64,000 bases of DNA from Bacteroidales bacterium (GCA_017617495.1 JAFZWD010000032.1:4709-68708), one strand, 5' to 3'; counted from the first letter of the stretch, positions 9,802 to 18,848 are shown. Program-made: numbers and translations. Notes: a model not told the origin generated them from the sequence alone.

Positions 9802-11283
9802 CTATATTACTCCGCTGCCTATCATCTCGCCGTCGGGGGCATACCAGACGGCGAACTGGCCCGGGCTGATGCCCCTCTGGGGCTGATCAAACAATATATA
9901 GAGGCCGTCTTCGCGACGCAGCAGCGTGGCGTCCTGCAGGGGCTGGCGGTAGCGTATCCGTACGCGGTAGCGGCGGTTCTCGCCGACTGCCATTTCCAGA
10001 TCCGGCCGGATCCAGTGCAGCTCGTCTGCATTTATGTGCAGGCAGAGGCGCGAAAGCCCCCTGTGGGTATGGCCTTCACCAACATAGATGCGGTTTGCCT
10101 CCGTATCCGTTGCAATTACGAAGATGGAATCCTTGTGCCCGCCTATATTCAGGCCCTTGCGCTGCCCGATAGTGTAGAACTGGGCACCCTCGTGCTTGCC
10201 GGCGATAACTCCGTAAGGATTTGGTTTCCAACGGGTTTTGCGCACGTGCTTATGGCCGCTGCGGTAGGTCTCGGTTTCGAACTGGATTCCCGAATAATCG
10301 ATGGGGGAGGCAAGCGTTGCCAGCGACTCGTCGGACATTGCTACCACCTTCGCTTCCTCGAAGGGATGCGCATCGTCCACCGGGGTACACTTGTCCTCTG
10401 AAATATAGTGCGAAATCATCGGCACCTCGCCCTTCCAGCCATCCTTCAGCAGGCTTTTGACAATCTCTACCTGCCTCTGATACAATGAGTTATCTTTGTA
10501 AAACGTATCGAAAACTTCAATCACCTCGCCTTCGCGGCTCTGCAGCTTCTGCTTCAGGAACGTAGGCAGGTCGACCTTGCCCACAAAGCATATTCCCTGC
10601 GAATCCTTCTTGTCCGCCGACGGCAGGTCCGCCTCCTTGGCAATCCTGCGCACCTCGCTCTTCAGCAGCCCCCCGATCGGGAACATCGCCTGCGCGAGCT
10701 GCTCCTGCGTAAGCTGGCACAGAAAATAGCTCTGGTCCTTCCCCGGATCCACCCCCTCCAGAATTCGGTATATTGGCACGGTGGCTTCTTTGCCCGCTGC
10801 GTGGGCCTTATCGGGACGGGCAATGCCAGACCAGAGCTCCCCCTGTGGGACTCTGGCTGGCCCTTTGCCTGACGCGGAGGGATTGGGGCAAAGGATCTCC
10901 TTTCTGCAGTAATGACCGGTCGCAACCATATCGGCGCCCATGCGCTTGGCTGCGGCAAGGAACGCATCAAACTTGATCTCCCGGTTGCAAAGCACGTCGG
11001 GATTCGGCGTGCGCCCGCGGGCATACTCATCGAACATATAGTCGACCACCCGCTGCCGATACTGCTTACTGAGGTCTATGAAATAAAAAGGAATTTCGAG
11101 TTTGCGCGCGACCATCTCGGCAACGAACTTATCCTCCTCCCACTCGCAGTCGCCGTGCAGCGTAGCGTCGGCGTCGTGCCAGTTCTGCATGAACATGGCG
11201 AAGACGTCGTAACCCTGCTGCTTGAGGAGCAGGGCCGCAACGCTGGAGTCCACGCCTCCGGACAGGCCTACGCATATCTTCAT
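9802..11283 (-). CDS. mnmA: tRNA 2-thiouridylase MnmA with in-frame repeat insertion
   Basis: SGGVDS PP-loop, TPNPDVLCN, ATGHY, KDQSYF, DSQGICF, TIGQRKG, PGQFAVWY; ATG at 11283 just downstream of a TAAATTTG promoter. Confidence 0.95.
   Translation of the reverse strand: MKICVGLSGGVDSSVAALLLKQQGYDVFAMFMQNWHDADATLHGDCEWEEDKFVAEMVARKLEIPFYFIDLSKQYRQRVVDYMFDEYARGRTPNPDVLCNREIKFDAFLAAAKRMGADMVATGHYCRKEILCPNPSASGKGPARVPQGELWSGIARPDKAHAAGKEATVPIYRILEGVDPGKDQSYFLCQLTQEQLAQAMFPIGGLLKSEVRRIAKEADLPSADKKDSQGICFVGKVDLPTFLKQKLQSREGEVIEVFDTFYKDNSLYQRQVEIVKSLLKDGWKGEVPMISHYISEDKCTPVDDAHPFEEAKVVAMSDESLATLASPIDYSGIQFETETYRSGHKHVRKTRWKPNPYGVIAGKHEGAQFYTIGQRKGLNIGGHKDSIFVIATDTEANRIYVGEGHTHRGLSRLCLHINADELHWIRPDLEMAVGENRRYRVRIRYRQPLQDATLLRREDGLYILFDQPQRGISPGQFAVWYAPDGEMIGSGVI
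10788..10893 (-). repeat. Family-1 structured repeat, copy D (in frame in mnmA)
   Basis: Core GAGTCCCACAGGGGGAGCTC (10834-10853, minus strand), 1 mismatch to the other copies; terminal stem CTTTGCCC/GGGCAAAG. Confidence 0.92.
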
Positions 11284-11336
11284 AGTGCGCAAATTTAAGG
11301 AAAATTCGTATATTTGAGGGCTGTAATAACACTATT

Positions 11337-11810
11337 ATGACCGAGAAAGAGATAAAAATTTCGTTTCACGAATATAAATCCCTCGACGAACTCGAGCCGC
11401 TGGACAAAGAACTCGCACACGCCGCAATAGAAGCGATGAGCGGTTCCTACGCCCCATACTCCCACTTCAACGTGGGCGCCGCAGTGCGTCTGAGCAACGG
11501 TGTGATAGTCAAGGGTGCCAACCAGGAGAACGCGGCATTCCCGTCCGGACTCTGCGCCGAGCGCACCGCGATGTTCGCCGCAGGAGCATCCTATCCCGAC
11601 AAAGCCATGGAGAGTCTGGCGCTGGCCGGCGGCGTGATGGGCCGTCTCGCAAAATCGCCCGCAACTCCCTGCGGAGCCTGCCGCCAGGTAATGGCCCAGT
11701 ATCAGGCAAAACACGGTCATCCGATGTCTGTGATAATGATCGGCGACGGCATAATCTGGAAGTTCGACAAGGTCGACGACATCCTGCCGCTCATCTTCGA
11801 CAGCATCTAG
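11337..11810 (+). CDS. cdd: Cytidine deaminase
   Basis: YAPYSHFNVGAA, NQENAAFPSGLCAER, PCGACRQ zinc motifs. Confidence 0.93.
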   Translation: MTEKEIKISFHEYKSLDELEPLDKELAHAAIEAMSGSYAPYSHFNVGAAVRLSNGVIVKGANQENAAFPSGLCAERTAMFAAGASYPDKAMESLALAGGVMGRLAKSPATPCGACRQVMAQYQAKHGHPMSVIMIGDGIIWKFDKVDDILPLIFDSI

Positions 11811-11836
11811 GCTCCTTGCATTTACCAAAAACTTTG

Positions 11837-11844
11837 TATATTTG
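11837..11844 (+). promoter_or_regulatory. Bacteroidetes -7 promoter element of SRP RNA
   Basis: TATATTTG, matching TAnnTTTG, immediately before the RNA 5' end. Confidence 0.75.
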
Positions 11845-11846
11845 CA

Positions 11847-11947
11847 GTGGGAAAGTCGTACACGACCAGCTCCCTCCCAACTCCCCCAGGGCAGGAATGC
11901 AGCAAGGGTAAGAGGTTGTAGCGGTGCGATGTGCTAAGCTTTCCCAT
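11847..11947 (+). ncRNA. ffs: Small SRP RNA (4.5S)
   Basis: Terminal stem GTGGGAAAG/CTTTCCCAT; helix-8 motif CAGG-GCA-GGAA-TGC-AGCA with GNRA loop; promoter directly upstream. Confidence 0.9.
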
Positions 11948-11954
11948 TTTTCGT

Positions 11955-13394
11955 ATGAAGTCCGATATTATTATAATAGGTGGTGGGGCCTCCGGCCTGA
12001 TGGCGGCCTGGTCGGCTGCGTCTAAACTTGTAGCAGACGGCTCGCCGGCGCAGGTTACGGTGCTGGAAAAGATGCCCCGTCCCGCCAGAAAGATAATGAT
12101 TACCGGCAAGGGCCGCTGCAACTTCAGCAACGTCAAGGCCTGGAACGATTTCGTCCAGCACATACAGGGCAAAGCTGATTTCGTGCGGCCGGCATTCTAC
12201 AACTTCCCGCCGGAAGACTGCGTGAAGTTCTTCGAAGCAGCCGGCATGCCAGCCGTAGTGGAGAGGGGAGACCGGGCTTTCCCGGCATCTCACCGCGCTT
12301 CGGACGTGGTGGACGCGCTGGTGCGTGCCTGCAACGGTCTGGGGGTGAAGATAGTGACCGAGGCCACCGTCGCGTCGGTAGAGTCTGCGGACGGCGGCTT
12401 CCGGATCGCGCTCTCGGACGGGGGAATCTGGACCTGCAGCAAGCTGATTGTCGCGACCGGCGGTCTCTCGTATCCCGGAACCGGCTCGACCGGCGACGGA
12501 TACCGCTTCGCAGAAGCACTCGGGCATCACATCACCCCGCTTTTCCCTTCGCTCACCGCGCTGGTGCCTCGCGGCTACAAAATTTCGCTGGCGGCCAACT
12601 TATTGGAAACCAGCACTTTAAGTGATTCCTTCTACCCAGGAAACGGCACAGAAGGATTAGCTCAAGTCGCTGATAGTCAGCGCTTTATCCGCCAGCGTTC
12701 CCTGCCCCTGAGCGAGCTCGGAGAGAAGTTGAACGGCGTAAAACTGAAGAATGTCGCCCTGAAACTGACCATCGAGGGCAGCGAGGCTGGCGGCGAGTTC
12801 GGCGACATGGACTTTACGGACGGCGGAATCGAGGGACCTATCGGCTTCCAGCTAAGCCGCAAGGCGGTCAAGGCGCTGATGAACGGTTCCCGAGTGGAGC
12901 TGTCGCTGGACCTTAAACCTGCAGTGCCGCTGGAAGAGCTCACTGCAAATGTTAAGGCACTCTGGGCCGAGGTGGACCGCGACCCGCGCAGCAAGCGCCT
13001 GCACGAGAAGGAGAAGTGCCGCATTCTGCTCGGCAAGCTGATGCCCTGGGAACTGATTCCGGGCTTTACTGCATGCAATCCGGATATAATTACGCTGGAG
13101 CGTCGCGGCAGGACCGATACCAAGGTGTGGGTGAACCTGCCGACCATAGCCAGGTGCCTGAAGGACTGGCGGTTCAAAATTGAAGGTTACGTCGGCTACG
13201 AACGCGCGGTGGTTACCGCCGGCGGCGTTTCCCTCGATGAAGTGCTGCGCAAAACGCTCGAGTCGCGCCTTGTCCCCGGCCTCTATTTCTGCGGTGAACT
13301 ACTGGATCTCGATTGCGATACCGGCGGCTATAACCTCCAGACCGCCTTCAGCACCGGTTTCCTCGCCGGCCTCTCCGCCGCTTCCAGCCTCTAA
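11955..13394 (+). CDS. HI0933/YhiN(BaiN)-family flavoprotein, paralog 1, with in-frame insertion
   Basis: IIGGGASG, ITGKGRCNFSN, ATGGLSYPGTGSTGDGY, VTAGGV, GELLDLDCDTGGYNLQ. Confidence 0.9.
   Translation: MKSDIIIIGGGASGLMAAWSAASKLVADGSPAQVTVLEKMPRPARKIMITGKGRCNFSNVKAWNDFVQHIQGKADFVRPAFYNFPPEDCVKFFEAAGMPAVVERGDRAFPASHRASDVVDALVRACNGLGVKIVTEATVASVESADGGFRIALSDGGIWTCSKLIVATGGLSYPGTGSTGDGYRFAEALGHHITPLFPSLTALVPRGYKISLAANLLETSTLSDSFYPGNGTEGLAQVADSQRFIRQRSLPLSELGEKLNGVKLKNVALKLTIEGSEAGGEFGDMDFTDGGIEGPIGFQLSRKAVKALMNGSRVELSLDLKPAVPLEELTANVKALWAEVDRDPRSKRLHEKEKCRILLGKLMPWELIPGFTACNPDIITLERRGRTDTKVWVNLPTIARCLKDWRFKIEGYVGYERAVVTAGGVSLDEVLRKTLESRLVPGLYFCGELLDLDCDTGGYNLQTAFSTGFLAGLSAASSL
12586..12697. 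repeat. 112-bp palindromic insert in frame in YhiN paralog 1
   Basis: Perfect 9-bp terminal inverted repeat CGCTGGCGG/CCGCCAGCG; internal TCCTTCT/AGAAGGA and CGCTGA-TAG-TCAGCG hairpins; AT-richer than the host gene. Confidence 0.72.
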
Positions 13395-13501
13395 CGGGCA
13401 TCCTCCCCATCCGCGTCGGGTAAAGGGCGGCCAGAGTCCCACAAGGGGAGCTCTAGTCCGCATTACACCGTCCCGGAAAGCCCCCGCTCGGATGCCCGTT
13501 A
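13392..13501 (+). repeat. Family-1 structured repeat, copy A
   Basis: 12-bp terminal inverted repeat TAACGGGCATCC/GGATGCCCGTTA; core GAGTCCCACAAGGGGAGCTC at 13434-13453. Confidence 0.92.
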
Positions 13502-13596
13502 TAGCTACGAATCGGAGCGAAGCGACAACCGCGTTAGCGGCCGGACGGAGTCCGCGGGGTTCGGGGCAGAGCCCCGAGACACAGCCATAGTGGCTT
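13502..13596. repeat. Multi-hairpin REP-like segment adjacent to copy A
   Basis: GAGCGAAGCGA (13515-13525), CCGC-GTTA-GCGG, CGGAC-GGA-GTCCG, TCGGGGC-AGA-GCCCCGA, AGCCA-TAG-TGGCT. Confidence 0.65.
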
Positions 13597-13597
13597 C

Positions 13598-13632
13598 AAA
13601 AAAGAGGACGGGGTCTTCCCGTCCTCTTTTTT
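13598..13632. terminator. Bidirectional intrinsic terminator
   Basis: AAAAAAGAGGACGGG-loop-CCCGTCCTCTTTTTT. Confidence 0.85.
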
Positions 13633-13707
13633 GGAGCCACTCATCAGGCTCGAACTGACGACCTGCGCGTTACGAATGCGCTGCTCTACCGACTGAGCTA
13701 AAGTGGC
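13632..13707 (-). tRNA. tRNA-Thr(CGT)
   Basis: GCCACTTTAGCTCAGTCGGTAGAGCAGCGCATTCGTAACGCGCAGGTCGTCAGTTCGAGCCTGATGAGTGGCTCCA; CCA encoded; TATATTTG promoter upstream. Confidence 0.95.
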
Positions 13708-13724
13708 TTGCGGCTGCAAATATA

Positions 13725-15098
13725 TCAATTCTTCTTGATTTTTGCAAAAACATTCACCAGCACGCTGCCGAGAACGCCGGCGCAGACCGAGCCGAGCAGC
13801 ACCGCAATCTTACCCATATCGCGAAGCTGCTGCATAAGCTCGGGGCTGTTGCCTCCGAAGGACAGCGTGTCGACGAAAATGGACATGGTGAATCCGATTC
13901 CTCCGAGGCATGCGACTGCAAAGAACATCGGCCAGGTAGCCTTGTCGGGCATTTCGCCGAGCTTGAACTTAACTGCCAGCCAGCTGGTGAGAGTGATGCC
14001 GAGGGGCTTGCCGACCAGCAGGCCGAGGATTATACCGAGGCTGACACCGCCGAACGACAGGTCTGCAATCTCCACTCCGGCGTTTGCCAGGGCAAAGAGC
14101 GGCATAATGAGGAAGTTTACCCAGGGCGAGAGGCCGTCCTCAAGCACGTAGGTCATCTCCATGGAACCGCGCCCGAGCTTGCCGAGTTTCTTGATGCAAT
14201 GCCTCTGGGGACCGTTCGGGAAGGCTCTGTCGGGCACATTGTCGTACTCGTGGAAGCGGGCGTTGTATTTGTTCCACTTATGCACGAACTGCGCCTTGTT
14301 GTAGCGCGGAGTCGCGGGAATCAGGAACGCCATCACCACGCCGGACATCGTGGCGTGGATGCCGGAATAGTAGAACAGTACCCATACTACCAGCGCAAGC
14401 AGCAGGTAGGGGAAGAGCGCCTTTTCGCCGAGGCGGCGCAGAAGCAGAGTGAACAGAATCACAAGCACCGCTATCAGCAGCAGCGCGAAATTGATCTTTC
14501 CTCCGTAGAACAGCGCCACGACCAGGATTGCGATGAGGTCGTCGGCAATTGCGAGCGCCGTAAGGAAAACCTTGAGCGATACCGGGACCTTGTCGCCCAG
14601 CACCGAAAGTATGCAGACGGCAAATGCGATGTCCGTGGCCGTGGGGATGCCCCAGCCGGATGCCGCAGGGGTGCCGTGGTTTACGAGCGCATAAATCAGC
14701 GCGGGCGCCACAACGCCTCCGAACGCCGCTATTACCGGCATCACCGCCTTCTTTGGCGAGGACAGCTCGCCGAAGGCCACCTCGCGCCGAATCTCCAGCC
14801 CGACGGTAAAGAAGAACACCACCATCAGGATGTCGTTGATGAACCCTTCGATGGTCATTCCCCTGGGGATGGAAAGGTTGATTCCGCCCGAAGGACTGCT
14901 GAGGTTGAGCGTGAATGTAGTATGAAGCAGGTTATGGTAAAGCTCCTTCGTGAACGGAAGGTTGGCGAGCAGCATGGCAACAAGCACGCAGCCCAGAAGT
15001 ATCACTCCCTGGGCCCATGGCTGCTTGCGGAAAGCTTTGCTGCGGAGGTCGAAATTGCGTATTCCCTTGTTCCAGGTATAGATAGGGATGAGTCTCAT
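13725..15098 (-). CDS. nhaA: Na+/H+ antiporter NhaA
   Basis: INDILMVVFFFTVGLEI, GWGIPTATDIAF, LAIADDL, LGGIGFTMSIFV. Confidence 0.93.
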   Translation of the reverse strand: MRLIPIYTWNKGIRNFDLRSKAFRKQPWAQGVILLGCVLVAMLLANLPFTKELYHNLLHTTFTLNLSSPSGGINLSIPRGMTIEGFINDILMVVFFFTVGLEIRREVAFGELSSPKKAVMPVIAAFGGVVAPALIYALVNHGTPAASGWGIPTATDIAFAVCILSVLGDKVPVSLKVFLTALAIADDLIAILVVALFYGGKINFALLLIAVLVILFTLLLRRLGEKALFPYLLLALVVWVLFYYSGIHATMSGVVMAFLIPATPRYNKAQFVHKWNKYNARFHEYDNVPDRAFPNGPQRHCIKKLGKLGRGSMEMTYVLEDGLSPWVNFLIMPLFALANAGVEIADLSFGGVSLGIILGLLVGKPLGITLTSWLAVKFKLGEMPDKATWPMFFAVACLGGIGFTMSIFVDTLSFGGNSPELMQQLRDMGKIAVLLGSVCAGVLGSVLVNVFAKIKKN

Positions 15099-15101
15099 TG
15101 C

Positions 15102-16121
15102 CTATTTGAACTTATTCTGAAGCCCTGCGAGTCCCTTTTTCTCGCATTCGTCGTAGAGGGCGCTCAGTTTGTCTTTTGTATCCTGCATGAAATCGCGCTC
15201 CAGCACCCAGTTGAGAAAGCCGCGCTTTGTGTCGAGATAATAGAGTTCCTCGATGGTTTTGCCTTTGTATTTGCCGAAATTGATATAAATCTTGCCGTCG
15301 CGGCGAACAAGTTTGCCTGCGATGTCGTAGAAATCTTCCTTTTCGACGGAAAGTGCGCCGGTTTCGGGGTCGCGCTTGCGGAGGGGGAACTCCGCCATAG
15401 CCTCGGCGTCGGTGCCCAGAAGGTCGTCGGCTTCCACCGTGAAATGATGCTCCACGCTATGCTCGCCGGGCTTGTTCCAGATATCGACAAGCTTGACCAG
15501 AAGGTCGTAGGTGGCCTTTGTGTCCGCCAGGGCGGAATGGGCATCCTCGAAATCGCGTCCTTCGTGGAAGAGCGCGTAGGCAGCCTTGAGAGTGCGCGGC
15601 AGCACCTTGTAGACGATTTTCTGCACGTCCACCATCTTCGCGCTCATCAGGTCGATGCCGGAGAGGGTGTCGAGAATGTGGGCCGCCTGCGCCTTTTCGG
15701 CGTCGGAAACCTCGGGACCGGCTCCGCAGCGCATCCTGCAGTACTCCTTGGCCCGTTCGAATTCGGAAACCAGGAGCGGAAGGTCGTAGCGCTCGGAATT
15801 GTAGCCTCCGAGGTCGCAGTCCCTGAGCCATGCCGCAATCTCGTCGACATAGCAGATGAGGGGTTTCTCGTTGCGGAGATCCTCGTCGGTGATATGGTTC
15901 ACCTTGCTGGCCATCGGATCCATGCGGTGCTGGCGTCCTTTACCGCTGAAATTGTCCTTGGGATACTCCCAGGGGCGGAAACGCCAGGTCTTTTCCTCGG
16001 GCTGCCTGTCGCCGGGGAAGACTTTGTAGAAGCAAAGCTCAGCAATACATTCTGTAGCGATATCGAGCCCCGTGCTTTCGATGTCGAAGAACAGCAGGGG
16101 GCGCTTGAGTTCCAGTGCCAT
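15102..16121 (-). CDS. DEDDh 3'-5' exonuclease (DNA polymerase III epsilon-like), extended
   Basis: FFDIESTG, GYNSERYDLPLL, AHSALADT, INFGKYKGK; directly downstream of dnaN. Confidence 0.85.
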   Translation of the reverse strand: MALELKRPLLFFDIESTGLDIATECIAELCFYKVFPGDRQPEEKTWRFRPWEYPKDNFSGKGRQHRMDPMASKVNHITDEDLRNEKPLICYVDEIAAWLRDCDLGGYNSERYDLPLLVSEFERAKEYCRMRCGAGPEVSDAEKAQAAHILDTLSGIDLMSAKMVDVQKIVYKVLPRTLKAAYALFHEGRDFEDAHSALADTKATYDLLVKLVDIWNKPGEHSVEHHFTVEADDLLGTDAEAMAEFPLRKRDPETGALSVEKEDFYDIAGKLVRRDGKIYINFGKYKGKTIEELYYLDTKRGFLNWVLERDFMQDTKDKLSALYDECEKKGLAGLQNKFK

Positions 16122-16133
16122 AAGCAAGGGGGT

Positions 16134-17252
16134 TTATACCATGATCGGCATGAGAATGCCGCAAATCTTTTCCTTGTCGCTTTCTTCCTCGGAAGGAACA
16201 ATGAGCGCAGCCCTGCGGGCGTCGGCGAACTTCATCACCACGGTGTCGCAGGTCATGTTGCTAAGTATTTCGATGAGGAAGGAAGACTTGTAGCCGACGG
16301 TGAGGTCCTCGCCGCTGTAGTCGCATTCGAGCTTTTCGTATGCGGCGATGGCGAAGCCCTGGTCCTGGGCGGTAATTTCAAGCTGTCCGGGCTTGAGCTC
16401 GAGCTTGATGTGGTTGGATGCCTTGTTTGCGCAGACTGCAACGCGGCGCAGGGTGTTCAGCAGGGACTGCCTGTCGATCTTGAGCACGTTGGAGTTGTTC
16501 TGCGGGATAACGTCGCGGTACTTGGGGTATTTGCCCACGACGAGGCGGCAGACCATCATGGTCATGCCGAAGAGGAACACGGCAGTGGTAGAATCGAAGG
16601 TAACGGTAACCTCGCCGTCTTCCTTGCTGACGGTGCCCTTGAGCACCGAAGCGGGCTTCTTGTGCAGGATGAACGAAGCGGGCTGCTCGGCCTGGACGTC
16701 GGCGGTGGTGTAGCAGATGAGCTTGTGGGAATCCGATGCCACGAGGGTGGTGGATTCGGGGGCGATGTCGAAGAACACGCCGTTGAGCGCGGGTCGCATC
16801 TCGTCGTCGGCCGCGGCGTATACCGTGCCGTTGATGCCGTCAATCAGCGTTTCGGCAGGGAAGACGACGGTAACCGCATCCGCTCCCGCTCCCTTGATTT
16901 CGGGGAAGTCCTCGGCAGGGAAGTAGGGGAGATCGGAGTTACCGTTGCTCCAGACACACTCGAAGGAGGCGTCTCCCGTTGTCTTGACGTTCACCGGCTG
17001 GTCGGGCAGGGCCTTGAAGAGGTCGAGCAGCTGCCTTGCAGGCACTGCGATGCTGCCTTCTTCGCGCACTGCGCCCACCTCCACGATGGTGCGGAGGGTG
17101 AGGTCGCCGTCCGAAGCGGTGATTTCCAGCTTGTTGCCTTTGAGCACAAAGAGGAAATTCTCAAGGATGGGATTGGTTGTTTTGGCAGGGATAGCCTTTG
17201 ATACGTCGTTTATTCCCTTTAAGAGTTCTGCACTGGAAACACTGAAATCCAT
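16134..17252 (-). CDS. dnaN: DNA polymerase III beta clamp
   Basis: PILENFLF, DEMRPALNGV, ASDSHKL, GKYPKYRDVIP, ILMPI. Confidence 0.95.
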   Translation of the reverse strand: MDFSVSSAELLKGINDVSKAIPAKTTNPILENFLFVLKGNKLEITASDGDLTLRTIVEVGAVREEGSIAVPARQLLDLFKALPDQPVNVKTTGDASFECVWSNGNSDLPYFPAEDFPEIKGAGADAVTVVFPAETLIDGINGTVYAAADDEMRPALNGVFFDIAPESTTLVASDSHKLICYTTADVQAEQPASFILHKKPASVLKGTVSKEDGEVTVTFDSTTAVFLFGMTMMVCRLVVGKYPKYRDVIPQNNSNVLKIDRQSLLNTLRRVAVCANKASNHIKLELKPGQLEITAQDQGFAIAAYEKLECDYSGEDLTVGYKSSFLIEILSNMTCDTVVMKFADARRAALIVPSEEESDKEKICGILMPIMV

Positions 17253-17385
17253 AATCGATTCTATTTAAGTATGCAAAGATAATCATTATTTGGAAAATCT
17301 GGCATATCTTTTGATTTTATCGACGCGGTCCGCCTCCCTTTGGGAGAAAAGGTACTGAAACCGAAAACAAATAATGATTTCCGAT

Positions 17386-18840
17386 ATGAAAAAGAGTTTT
17401 GCAACTATCATCCTCTCAGTAGCGCTCAGCGCACTTGCAGCAGTAGGCATCGTAAAAGCCGCAACCCCATCGCAGGCATCTGCCTCCACCACATCGTATT
17501 CCATCGACGGATCCGCCTACCGCACTGTCAATTTGGCAGAAACAGACTATCCAGACTTCACTTATGCCGCCGAGTCCGCAGTGGACGCGGTGGTTTTCGT
17601 GAAAGTGACCATAAAAACCGAGCAGCAGTACTATATCGACCCCTTCTTCAAGTTCTTCTTCGGCGACCAGATGCCGCAGACCCAGGAACGCGAACAGCAG
17701 GGCAGCGGCTCCGGCGTCATAATCCGCGGAGACGGCTATATAGTTACCAACAACCATGTAGTGCAGGGAGCCACGAAAGTGGAAGTAACCCTGAACAACA
17801 ATAAGGTGTACGAAGCCAAGATCATCGGCACCGACCCCGTCACGGACGTGGCCCTGCTCAAGATCGAGGCCGAGGGCCTTCCCATCGTTCCCTTCGCGGA
17901 TTCCGACAAGCTCCGCCTCGGCGAGTGGGTGCTGGCCATCGGTTCCCCCCTGGGCGAGCAGCTCAAGGGCACCATCACCGCGGGAATCGTAAGCGCGAAA
18001 GGCCGCAGCATGCCCAACTACTCCGGCGAATTCAAGATCGAATCCTTCATCCAGACCGATGCCGCCGTCAACCCCGGCAACTCAGGCGGAGCGCTCGTGA
18101 ACAAGAAGGGCGAACTGGTGGGCATCAACACTGCAATAGTGTCCCAGACAGGCGCCTACAGCGGATATTCCTTCGCCGTGCCGTCCAATATAGTAAAGAA
18201 GGTAGTGGGAGATTTGATCGACTTCGGCAGTGTCAAACGCGCCCGTCTCGGCGTAACCATGAGCCCCATCAGCGAAAAAAAGGCGGAAGAGTTGAAACTT
18301 TCTTCGCTCGAGGGCGTATATATTAACGAGGTTACGAAGGGAGGGGCCGCGGACAAGGCCGGAATCAAGGAGGGAGACATCCTGCTGAAAGTGGACGGAA
18401 CGGTTATCAAAACCCCGTCCGGACTTCAGGAAAAGGTTAATTCCTACCACCCCGGCGACAAGGCAGTGGTTACCGTTATCAGGGAAGGCAAGACGCTGGA
18501 TCTGAAAGTGGAATTCCAGGGCAGCGAAGCCGCAACGGGCACCGTGGATGAAGAAGGCGCAGTTGCCTTCTACGGCGGAAAGCTCCGCGAAGCATCCAAG
18601 GAAACCCTTGCAAGGCTCGGACTCAAGAGCGGAGTCGAGATAGTCTCGGCCGGCAGCGGAGTCCTCGCAAATGCGGGAGCCAGCGACGGTTTTATCATCC
18701 TTTATGTCAACGACCAGCCTGTAAGTAAACCTCAGGACGTTATATCCGTAGCGAAGAAGAGCCGCCGCGCCGTTTATGTAGAAGGCGTCAGCGCCACCGG
18801 CAAGCAGGGCTTCTTCGGATTCGCGAAGGATGGCAAGTAG
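17386..18840 (+). CDS. degP: Do/DegP-family serine protease with PDZ domains
   Basis: Signal peptide, [27 protein letters not shown], two PDZ-like regions. Confidence 0.92.
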   Translation: MKKSFATIILSVALSALAAVGIVKAATPSQASASTTSYSIDGSAYRTVNLAETDYPDFTYAAESAVDAVVFVKVTIKTEQQYYIDPFFKFFFGDQMPQTQEREQQGSGSGVIIRGDGYIVTNNHVVQGATKVEVTLNNNKVYEAKIIGTDPVTDVALLKIEAEGLPIVPFADSDKLRLGEWVLAIGSPLGEQLKGTITAGIVSAKGRSMPNYSGEFKIESFIQTDAAVNPGNSGGALVNKKGELVGINTAIVSQTGAYSGYSFAVPSNIVKKVVGDLIDFGSVKRARLGVTMSPISEKKAEELKLSSLEGVYINEVTKGGAADKAGIKEGDILLKVDGTVIKTPSGLQEKVNSYHPGDKAVVTVIREGKTLDLKVEFQGSEAATGTVDEEGAVAFYGGKLREASKETLARLGLKSGVEIVSAGSGVLANAGASDGFIILYVNDQPVSKPQDVISVAKKSRRAVYVEGVSATGKQGFFGFAKDGK

Positions 18841-18848
18841 GTTTATTT

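Noticed and set aside
11847-11947. Structured leader of YhiN-1 as a novel riboswitch
   Set aside because: Explained by SRP RNA (helix-8 CAGG/GGAA/AGCA motif).
13392-13501. Family-1 repeat as CRISPR repeat or classical MITE
   Set aside because: Copies are dispersed, not arrayed, with no spacers or cas genes. Terminal repeats are not sequence-conserved and I could not see a consistent target duplication.
14199-17201. 1000-aa plus-strand ORF and other long antisense ORFs (2843-4954, 21530-23713, 29792-31804, 39726-41345)
   Set aside because: Shadow frames opposite well-supported genes; expected from high-GC3 codon bias; no motifs.
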